In this document: positions 53,730 to 64,000 of the stretch, piece after piece | Position numbering within the stretch: the stretch's first letter is position 1 | Layout of the letters: every line of letters begins with the position of its first letter | From: Pristiophorus japonicus | Lineage: Eukaryota | DNA: 64,000 nt | Direction: 5' to 3' | Assembly (NCBI RefSeq): GCF_044704955.1 | Contig: NC_091980.1 | Coordinates: 130,696,001-130,760,000 of the forward strand | Program-made: the position numbers and the translations under genes | The notes under the pieces: generated by a model | The model's input: the letters and a program-made list of their open reading frames with translations, nothing else | Databases searched by the model: none | Told to the model about the DNA's origin: nothing

Positions 53730-56700
53730 TGTTAGCATGAATGTTTTCTCAGAAGAATCACTCAACACTCAGTCGGTTCCAATGCCCATGCGGGGAGGAA
53801 GCCTCAGGACTGGATCCAGGCACTTCTCTTCGACGAACGAAGAAACTCATCGTTATTTATATGTTTTACAATAGTTCTTTAGTTACTCAGCCCACTTCGG
53901 CTGGTCACAATCCAATCATAATGATTATAAATTACATATCGGTTTCTTTAACCCAATAAAATTCCCCATATACCTCAGGGGCTGTATGTTCGGTTTTGTC
54001 AGCTCGGGCTGATTAATGACCTCGTTATGTGAGGCAGGTTCTCCCCTTATCTCTGTTCCTCGTGGCTCGGCTGTGTGAAGTCACTGATTATACCAGTGTA
54101 CTATAATGGTTCGTTATAATTATCTTGTATCCAAGGCATTCCTGGTAGTGGGCCTCACTAGGTCATTGCTCAGTCATTGCTCGAGTTCATTACTTGACTA
54201 ATTGAGTACCCATCATGCCTGGGCAGCCATTTTATGTGTGGCCACTTTAAACTTGAGTTTAGATATATTCATTAGGTGCCTAATGCCAACAACAATTCTC
54301 CCCCCCCCCCCCCCTTCAGTAAAGGGACTAGTCCTAGTCCCCCTTTAACCGACCGTCCTACTTTTATTAGTTTTGTGCACGGCCTGGTACTCCCTGCCTC
54401 AATGTGCTGGCGAGTCATGTGGTTTCAGGAGTCCCGGTTGCTTAAATCAAATTAACAAAGGCCAAATCCTCCCCCTTTATTAGACAGGCTTGTTTAGTAT
54501 TTGGGGACCGGTCATGGGTCCCTTTTTGTCGTGCTTTGTGCCTGCATGCCTGGCAGGCCATTCTGCCCCATGTTATTACTAAGATTAATTGTATCCCGAC
54601 TAGTATGTGAAATTATTTGAATCCAAGGATGGATGTTCAAATTTATTCCCCAGTCCCAGACCTTTATCCACCAAATCTGACTTTCAGTCTCCTTCGATAT
54701 CTTCTTCCAGTACTTTGATTTTAGTTTGCAGTTGGTGGTAGAGCTTTATGGATTGACCCACCGAGCCTCAATTCTCGTAATACTTCGGTTAGATGTTGGA
54801 TAGGGACCTGAACTGGCTCGTCATAATCCTGCAAATGATCGTGGAGCTGATCGGTTACATCAATAACTTCAGGCTTCCGGCGCCTAACCTGGGTGATGTG
54901 CGCTTGCCCGATTGTGACAGGTCGTAGCGGCGCAAAGCAAATGTTCGGTTGGTATCGGGTACTGCAGGTCATTATACCGGTATGAACGCTCTGTGGTAGA
55001 GACGCAGTATCTTCCCTTCCCTCTGTAGCCTACCCTCGCGAAGTGCCTGTGTGCGGGCACTATTTCTAGTACACACCCGTCGGTTCGCTTAAACCCGCAC
55101 TCGTCCAGCTCACCTCGGCCTACCGGGTGAGAGCATACTGTGATCTCCCCCCTTTGCTTGCATTCTGTTTGGGAGATCCCGGTTTCTCCTCATCTCAGTC
55201 CCAAATGGCCTGACCCCTATCCTGAGACTGTGACTCCTGGTTCTAGACTCCCCAGCCCGGAGGGGAAACAGCCTCCCAGTATCTAAGCTGAATTATATAT
55301 GTCGTATGCCGTTTCAACAAACGGCGGAGGTGCTGGTCAGATAGTAACGTATGGAGACATTTTCCTGTATTACTCCGATATTCTCGTTGGTACAGGGGGA
55401 ACGGCCCTGAATCCGGTGTGGCTATAGGGGTCATCAGGAGTATCCCTATCCCAGTATTCCTACCCATCTGGCAATCTGGAATTGTTGGGTGTACTCGGTC
55501 AGTCCCTTCAGAGTACAATTATCCAGTGTCCCCCTCTGGTTAGCCAACTGAGCAAAATGTGAACTGTCTATCCAATTGGGTACTTCTGAGATTGTGGCGG
55601 ATCTGTCCCACCATCCACAGACCATAAGCGTGACAGAGTTGCCCCTGTCTTTGCTTTCCTGTATCTTCTTTTTCTCTATCAATGAGGTGATTGGTTTTGA
55701 CGTGAGCTTCCAGGACTGAGATGCCATCCAACTGGATTTCGGCACCCTCCTTTCCTAGGTTGGCTTGGTCTTCCTGGTTTTGCTCCACTCTCTAATAACT
55801 TAACCCCTTCATCACCCCTCTAAGCTGTTGCACCCTCTCATTTTACCCTTGTATATCTATCGAGTTTACTACGGAGGCCCCTGTATTGAAACCGGTAGCA
55901 ACATCATTAACTATTTCCCTCTTTATCCTGGGGGCTGACCCCTGTCCTCGGAATCTACTGGCACCCATTGCATCGGCAGCCTGCTGCATTACAACTTTAC
56001 TTAATACATTGTACATTTTCCTTTACTGTTCTGTACAGTATTCTGGCATCTGGATGCCTGAAATATTGATCAGGACAGGCACAATTTCATGTTTAACATT
56101 ATCATACAATAATTCCCCTTCGTTGTACATTACAATCGCATTTTCTGGTCCCTCAGTAGTTATGTGACAAGGCAATTCCTCGGGCAATGTAGTGGTTCTT
56201 ATGGGGTGTAGTGTCGGAGGGGGTGAGAAGCATACATACAATGATATTGCAGCCGCCCCCACCTCCTCGTAGTACCCACACAGCCCCACTCTCTTTTTGC
56301 AGATGCCTAATTGCTGGGACTGTCCCGGAGGTGTGCAAATTATGCCGAAAGTACATTCATCGGGCCCTTTGACATCCCTCCGTTTAATGCAGCTGCTCCT
56401 TGTACCCGTGGAGCACTGTACACATACCCGGTTCTTAAGATTCACTTGTAACCATGCATTAAAATAAGTCCTGTCCTTGCTCCAGTCCTTGGCTGCTGGG
56501 ATGCACATTCCATCCGTTAAATTAAACAAGACTCCATAGTTCATGTAGTTGTTTATTTCCTGAGTGTGCTGCAATCTCTTGGTATCATCCAGTGTTTGCG
56601 TGGGTCTTGAGGTTCCCAGTATCATGAGTCCCCAGAGTGGAAGTCACCACTGCGGTCCCATCTTGGTGAGTGTTTTATCTGAAAATTTTAAACCGATAGC

Positions 56701-59700
56701 CTGGTTGTCACCAGGTGTTAGGTTCTGGTCTACTTGTGTCGTTGTCACTCTGTGGAATCGGAGGTAAGGATTAGGTTAACCATATTCTTTATAGTCGTAC
56801 CATCTCTATCACTTGTCCCTGTCTGGGCTGCTGTCGGTTTTGCGTATGAGCCTGCTGTGCTTGAGCCTGCATGATGACCCATCTAAATATTATCCAAACT
56901 CCAATCAACACCAAAGCCACCATTATTCCTCCAAACATCGCTGTCTGCTTTACCTTTAGGTTGGGTTTGTGGACGACACCTACCCACCGTGGGGTACATT
57001 GGCTCTATTGCCATAGGTGATGGTGCTATGGCTGCGCACTGCACTATCCATCTAGTCCTGTTTTTTAAAACATCTCTTCCAGCCTGTTTATCTTAGCTTT
57101 TAACTCTTGACCAGCTAGTTCCGTTTTATTTTTGTTCTGAATATTCCACCATTTCCTCTGTCTGTCAAGTGAGTCTTCTTTATTTTATTAAGAAATCCAA
57201 ATTAATAATGTCCAGTATAAAACAGCTGTCAATGGAAAGGGTTATCTCCTTTACAGGTTTGTAAGAAAGTCTGATGTCATTACGTGACTTCACATAATCA
57301 TCCAAAAAATAATTTTTTTTCAAGTCTGTGCCTTAAACTTGCTTAGAAATTAGGAATCTGTTAAACAGCATAAATCATTAGTAAAGTGGTCATAATAAAA
57401 ATCTTCTCATCGGGAAAGACAGCATTTTAGATTAAACTCCAATTTTTTCTTAACTTCTAATTCAAGTACTTGCCAAATAATTTTTTTTAAATTGGTTTAA
57501 GATGAGACCACACATTTTTAGTAGCTCTTTTGTTTACTGAAGTTCAATTTTGTTTTTTACATTTCTCTCAGCACAAAATCTAAACTTCTGTGCCAGTTCC
57601 ATTTCTTCTTTCTGTGCTGAGTTAGCATAGCTTAGATCTCCTCTTGTTGTTTTCATACATTCCAACATTTCGGGTTTTTTTTTTAAACAGTTCTGTTCAC
57701 TGGGCAAATCTTGTGTTTTATTTCGCTCTCAGCACAAAATCTAAACATCTGTGCTAGTTCCATTTTCTATAAGAATTTAAAAATTCAGTAAGATTCTCTA
57801 ATTCCCAGTTTTTTTCTTTCTGTGCTGAGTTTGCATAGCTTTGATCTTTTCTCCTCGTTATCTTCAAAACCCTCCTGCTTGTTTAGACTGTTCGGGACTT
57901 TTCTTGATAAACACTGTCCATTTTGGAAATTTTTTCAAACTGCATTGAAACTTTCTCATAATTTAAAATCATTATCAATGTAGAGTGTCTTTTACCTCTT
58001 CCAATTTTTTCTTTTTCTAATTAAACCAATATCTTTTTCACAGCAAACATCAACTCGTATTTAGTAAGTTATGTCTTGTCCCATCACAAACATTTTTTTA
58101 GCACTTATTTAGTACGTTGCATCTTTTTTTTCAGATCTCCTTTCTTCAAGTTAGGTTTTGTATTCTACACTGAGGGCTCGTGACTCCATAAATTTGTTAA
58201 TTTAAAATCATTTGTTTACTTTCAAAGTTATCTTTTTCTTTTCTCCATGACTAGAATGGAGTCCAGCAATTAGGTTTTGAGGGCTGCTTTTCGTTATCTC
58301 AAAATGCTCCAGTTTCAGTTGTTAAAATGTCTCTTCTAAACTGCTAAAGCTTGCTGTTTTTAACATTTTTCAAAAGTCCCTTTTACACCTTCACAGATAG
58401 CTCGCCACTCGCCCAGGAGTTTGACCTGATCCCTGAAGGTATTTCTAGATTGTTTCCAAACCTTTTAGTTTTCTATCTCCTTTTTTCCTTTAAGAGATCA
58501 GATTTAATTTTTTTTTGAATCCACCTCAATATTTTGCTGTGCCTTCTCTGAATATCTCAAAATCCCAATTCAAACGTTGTAATTTCAATCTTTATTTAAA
58601 ATATTTTTTTGAGCGAGAAGTTTTTTTTAAAAAGGCATTCTTTATCTCATTCCTAGACTAAATTTATGTCTTTCAACCCAATGTAATCAATCATTGCATG
58701 TTTTCTTTCGACAAGTAAGTGAGCGTGTCAAATAAATTCTTTTTTTAACCACCGGGACCATGTATTTTTTATCTTTTGCTCAACAAACCTATCCTTTGTA
58801 CATTTCCGAGCTCTGTAACACATCATCTGAATAAATCCATACCTGCATTTCTAACTTAAAATATCTTAACTTCCCACATACAGGACAACACTACAAAGGG
58901 TTTAAAAAAATTAAAAAAAACTTTCACTCTGTTTAGAAAAGTGGGTGGAGCTAAAATAAACAGACACTTGCATTCCTCTTCCAACCAGGCTTTCGGAAAA
59001 ATGAAAACATAAAAAAATTCATTCCGCAGTCATAAAATCACAAGGACTCAATGACAGACATTCACAAAAGTCTCTTCATTCAACAAGTTTATTAATTTGT
59101 TTTTTTGGCTGGCTCTATTCTTGCATCCATAGTTCACTTAAGATAATCACTATCAGGTTTTTTTATTTCTTGCATGTTGATTTACTTCCCCTCAGTTTTA
59201 TGTGGGCTCGCAGTATCAAAACTACAGCCTTTTCATTTTTATCTTTCTTTTCCTTCTCCCACCATTCTGCTGGTCTGCTGGCAGGTCCTGAAGATCCCAC
59301 CCTGCTCTAATCATTTTCTCGATTTGTTTCTTTTGTTTTTCCGCCAGGTGGCGGGTAAGGGACCCTTCTGGTCACCACTCGGTTATTTGTTTTATTGGCC
59401 ATACCTGGGTAGGACTAGAACCGTTAGGAATCTACTCTCGGAGGTCCGCTTTCTACCTAGCGTAACTTGTAGTAGACCGTCTCCTGGCTACTGTCAGGTC
59501 ACAAGTTCTGCTGTTGCACAAACTTATTCAATTCTTAAAACGCGTTTCAGCAATTCCCACAGTGCTCTACGTATCCTTAACGACTTCCTACCACCGCTCT
59601 ACCCGTTAGTCCGACCCTGTTCACAGGTTTGGATTCCGTTAGCTGCTGTACACCGCTTGGTTCTACCCCGGGGTATATTTCAAATTACACTAATGGGTCC

Positions 59701-60566
59701 GGAAGATGTCTTTCAGTATCACGATCCCACGGTCCAAGTGTGTTCCCGGCACCTACTTAGTTCCTGGCCATCACGTGGGACTAAAGTCCTCTTAATTAAG
59801 GCTCAGGCTAGGTGTTTGAGATATTGGACCGCCTCCTCGTGTTGATCTTCCAGCATCGACCTTCTGCACCGTTATAAAATTTTGTTTAAGGTATACTCAC
59901 CCGGTTTCTCCAAGAGCGTCAGTGACCCCAAAATCTTGTTAATGATGGCACTGTTAGCATGAATGTTTTCTCAGAAGAATCACTCAACACTGAGTCGGTT
60001 CCAACGCCAGTGCGGCCTTTATTTTTGCATGCGGGAAGGAAGCCTCAAGACTGGATCCAGGCACTTCTCTCTGACGAATAAAGAAACTCATCGATATTTA
60101 TGTTTTACAATAGTTCTTTACAGTTACTCAGCCCACTTCGGCTGGACACAATCCAATCGTAATGATTATAGATTACATATAGGTTTCTTTAACCCAACAG
60201 AATTCCCCATATAACTCAAGGGCTGTATGTTCGGTTTTGTCAGCTTGGGCTAATTAATGACCTCGTTATGTGAGGCAGGTTCTCCCCTTATCTCTGTTCC
60301 TCGGGGCTCGGCTGTGTGAAGTCACTGATTATACCAGTGTACTATAATGGTTCGTTATAATTATCTTGTATCTAAGGCATTCCTGGTAGTGGGCCTCACT
60401 AGGTCATTGCTCATTCAGCCCCAGTTCATCACTTGACTAATTGAGTACCCATCATGCCTGGGCAGCCATTTTGTGTGTCCACTTTAAAGTTGAGTTTAGA
60501 TATATTCAGCAGGTGCCTAATGCCTAGTGTTTTGATATATTCAGCAAGTGCCTAATGCCGACAACA
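53730..60566 (-). mobile_element. Endogenous retrovirus-like LTR element with decayed envelope gene and no visible pol
   Basis: LTRs 53730-54294 and 59952-60566 (TG...CA). TSD CAGTA at 53725-53729 and 60567-60571; empty site GCCAGTAAAA in copy 1 at about 1681. Minus-strand AATAAA at 60018-60023, poly-G PPT at about 54295-54315, PBS-like sequence 59932-59950. Confidence 0.93.
54440..56938 (-). pseudogene. Decayed class I fusion glycoprotein (env) of the LTR element
   Basis: N-terminal hydrophobic segment MFGGIMVALVLIGVWIIF (ATG 56938), Cys-rich ectodomain (ORF 56023-56625), furin site RIKR at about 55918-55929 followed by EIVNDVATGFNTGASVVNSIDI, heptad-like LDGISVLEAHVKTNHLIDRE, Cys-rich region, Trp-rich WWIKVWDWG and a TM-like PWIQIISH..LVGIQLILVITWG at about 54565-54675. 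Several stops and frameshifts. Confidence 0.8.
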
Positions 60567-63207
60567 CAGTAAAACTCAGCTAGTTTTTCTCTTTTTTTTT
60601 TATATACAATATGAATTCTGCACTGTGACTCGATCTCTAGTTTAGGAAGTTGCTTTGACTGCCAATACTGCCCCTCAACTAGCCTGTACAAAATGTATTT
60701 GGGGTAATAAAGTAGTATTATTAGAGCATGCTACTGATGACCAGGGTATAAATCTTGTGGCAACTCCGTCACTAATTTCCAAAGCTACAATGGATATAGG
60801 GTGCCAAGATTAAGGTTCCAGTTTTAAGCATGTTCAATCAAAGCTGAATTGGTGATTGTGGAGTGATGCAGCACAGGAGGCCATTCAGCCCATTGTGCCT
60901 TGCTGAATGTTGGGCGGAGTGATACAACTGTTTCCATAGCCTGCAAATTTTTCTAAATCACGCAAGAGGATGAGACTGGGGAATTAGTAATGGGCAACAT
61001 AGAGATGGCAGAAAATCTGAACAAATATCTTGTATCTGTTTTGACAGTAGAGGACAGTAACAACATTCCAATGGTGGATAGTCAAGGGGCTATAGAGGGG
61101 AGGTATTTAATGCAGTAACAATCACCTGATGAGGTAGGACTCAGTAAGATAATTGGGCGAAAGTCAGATAAATGGTCCTGAAGGCTTGCATCCTAGGGTC
61201 TTGAGAAGTAGCGGCAGGGATTGTGGATGCATTGGTTGTAATTTACCAAAATTCCCTGGATTCTGGGGAGGTCCCAGCAGATTGGAAAGATGCAAATGTA
61301 ATGCCCCTATTTTTTTTAAAAGTTGGAAACTATAGACCAGTTTGCCTAAAATCTGATTGGAAAAATGTTGGAGTCCATTATTAACATAGCAGCAGGGACA
61401 TTTGGAAAAGCAAAATTTGATCAGTAGAGTCGGCATGGATTTATGAAGGGGAAGTCATGTTTGATATATTTGCTGGCATTCTTTGAGGATGTAACAAACC
61501 CAGTTGATGGTGAACCAGTGGCTGTGGTGTATTTGGACTTCCAGAAGGCATTTGACAAGGTGCCACAAAATTACTGCACAAGATGAAAGTTCACAGGCTT
61601 TGGGGGTAATATACGAGGATGGATAGAGGATTGGCTAAAGAACCGAGTTGGGATAAATGGTTCATTCTCTGATTGGCAACCAGTATCTAGTAGAGTGCCG
61701 CAGGGATCAGTGTTGGTACCCCAACTATTTACAATCTATATATTACACTCTGTCCCTCCATCCAAGTCTGTAACGTAGCCTAGTTTGTTGTTCCTCCCAA
61801 CTTTGTCAGTGATGTGTGAGAACACACATCTGCAAAAGGACATAGGCAGGCTAAGTGAGTGGGCAAAAATTTGACTGTTGGAAAGTGAGGTCATGCACTT
61901 TAGCAGAAAAAAAAAATCAGCAAATTTTTATTTAAATGGAGAAAGATTGCAAAGTGCCACAGTACAGCAGGAGTGGAGGGGGGTGGGGTGCCTTTACTCA
62001 ATGGAATTCAGAAGAACGAGGTGATCTTATTGAAATGTATAAGATTGAGGGGGCTTGACTGCGTGGATACAGAGAGGATGTTCCCGCTGATGGGGGAGAC
62101 TACAACTAGAGGCATGATCTTAGAATAAGGGGCTGCCCATATAGAACTGAGAAAGTTCTTAAGGGTTGTCAACCTGTGGAATTTGCTGCCTGAGCTGTGG
62201 AAAGCTGAGACATTGAATAAATTTAAGACTGTAATACAGTTTCTTAAATGCTAGGGGATTATGTGGGGATAAGTCAATGATCAGATCAGCCATAATAAAT
62301 GGTGGAAAAGGCTCAGAGCTGTGTGATCTACTCCTGTTCATATTTCTCATAAGTTTCCCTATGGCTGGAGCTGAAATTATCCAATGTCTTTACCAGGTTA
62401 GTTGAGTAGGTGTTAGTTTCCATAACTATACATTCAAGTTCAGTGAGACTGAGCCCTTAAAGCAAGAAAAATGAGTTTGACTTCATGTACAATGCCCATA
62501 ATGGGTGTGCCATGGAATAATCAACTACTCTTCTGAGCCCTCCGCAGTCCGTCTACTTTGACCGGGATGATGTTGCCCTGCGTCACTTTGCGTTCTTCAA
62601 GGAGCAGTCACATGAGGAACATGAGCATGCTGAGAAACTGATGGAATTCCAGAATCGGCGTGGAGGCCGAATCATCTAGGCAGACATCAAGGTTTGGCTC
62701 CATAAACGAGGGCCCTTCTGTTTGGTTCCCCTTAGACTGATTGTTCACAATACATTGTAAAGGAGTTGGTTACAATTTACAGCACAGGAACCAGCCATTT
62801 GGACAAACTGGTCCATGCTGGTGATCAGCTTCAGACGACGTAATCCCACCTTGCTTTATCCAGCAACATATCATTCTATTCCTTTTTCCCTCATGTACTT
62901 ATTTAGTTTCCCCTCAAATACATCTATGCTATTCACCTCATAAATTTGACATCGGTAGTTGACTTAATGCAGTAATTCAATATTCTAACACATTGTTTCA
63001 TGGTAACCTAGACTTCTGATTGCAATTTTTCCATCCCTAATTTCCTTCAATACTGTCCTATTTCCAAACCTGTTTTTACTGCTTGTACTATTACATATGT
63101 GCCACCAGAGGGCACTGCAGTCAGACTTGCAGGTGACCTGTACAGGTGTGCCTTGCCCAGTATAAAAGGCAGGCCAACAGGTGTGATTCTCACCACGAGT
63201 TCCATTA

Positions 63208-64000
63208 TGTAAAGTCCTGTCCCCTCAGTACAGCTTTTCACAAGGCATGTAGTGAAGTCAAGGTCACTCTGGACCTGCACCTTTATTTCACAGCTCTGGA
63301 ATGCTGCACTTGTCTGAGACCTGTCCTTGTATAACCTGTCTCTCGCAAGTGCACCCCTGGTGGTCAGGTATGCTGGTGGTTACAGGTCATATCTTAGTCA
63401 TGTATAGTATGTTAGGATACAGTTATTTATAATGTAAGATACATGACATCACCCTCCCCAAGGTCTTATTGTCTTTATAGGTTCAGTCTCTCAGGTGGTC
63501 TACACTCTCGCGTGGAGCATCTGAGTTGTGGTTCAGTTGTTTGCCTTTGGGTGTGGTTGCTGTTATCTCGCCTGGGCTGTCTGTTTCAATTGGTGTGATT
63601 GTTGTTGACTCGCCTGGGCTGTCTGTTGCAGTTGCACTTTCCTCAGGTTGTTCCCTCTCTGTCCACCAGGTGTGATGCGAGTTCCACATTGTAGTCTGGT
63701 TCTGCAGTGTTGGTAAATCTGCTTTTTACTTGGTCTACATGCCTCTGGCGGGTTTTGCAATTGTCTACTTGTACTACCAGTAGCCTGTTTCCTTCCTTGC
63801 CCATTACTGTCCCTGCAAGCCATTTGGGACCCCTGCCATAGTTTAGTACAAACACTTTGTCCCCTATCTCATTCCATCTCCCCCTTGAATTTCTGTCATG
63901 GTACTCGGTCAGCTTAGAGCACTTTGCCTCAAGGATTTCGTGGATGTCTGGGAGGATTAATGAGAGCCTTGTTTTTAAAGTCCATTTCATCAACAGTTGC
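63208..64000 (-). mobile_element. Second copy of the intron-2 Gypsy element (3' LTR and integrase C-terminus; truncated by window end)
   Basis: LTR 63208-63448 follows the same CATTA site as at 4312. PPT GGGGAGGGTGA on the minus strand. ORF 63643-63993 matches integrase C-terminal GPKW region (VFVLNYGRGPKWLAG). Confidence 0.92.

Larger units (their letters stand above)
52821..62691 (+). pseudogene. Ferritin pseudogene, copy 6 (type A), exons 1-2 only; the rest is beyond the window
   Basis: Exon 1 52821-52922 ([34 protein letters not shown]). Exon 2 62548-62691 has a 3-nt deletion and in-frame TAG at 62677-62679. Intron 1 is expanded by a 6.8-kb LTR element. Confidence 0.9.
52027..64000 (+). 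repeat. Segmental tandem repeat unit 3 (partial)
   Basis: Colinear with 1 to about 5070 once the 53730-60566 insertion is removed. Confidence 0.9.

Noticed and set aside
59174-59845. 223-aa plus-strand ORF in the LTR element leader
   Set aside because: Antisense to the element, no recognisable motif, and no second copy here to test conservation. Cannot be supported as a gene without a family alignment.

Overview
Vertebrate nuclear DNA, most likely a cartilaginous fish (shark-type CR1, RTE, Tx1, Penelope, SINE and Gypsy repeats; species not determinable here). Most of the supplied ORF track is transposon debris or antisense shadow ORFs. The window is a tandem, same-strand array of six 4-exon ferritin heavy/middle-chain-like genes of three promoter/intron types (A, B, C), arranged in segmental repeat units starting at about 1, 23770 and 52027. 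Two copies (781-8923 and 13912-16464) are intact 176-aa ferritins with all canonical ferroxidase residues. Four carry stops or frameshifts. No copy has an intact iron-responsive element: A and C copies keep an eroded IRE relic and B copies show none. Intron 1 of the last copy holds a 6.8-kb LTR element (5-bp TSD, tRNA-Ser-like PBS) with no visible pol but a decayed class I fusion glycoprotein resembling pneumo/paramyxovirus F. The IRE-less ferritin array and this env-bearing element are the two most interesting signals. All comparisons were made by eye; no database search was run.
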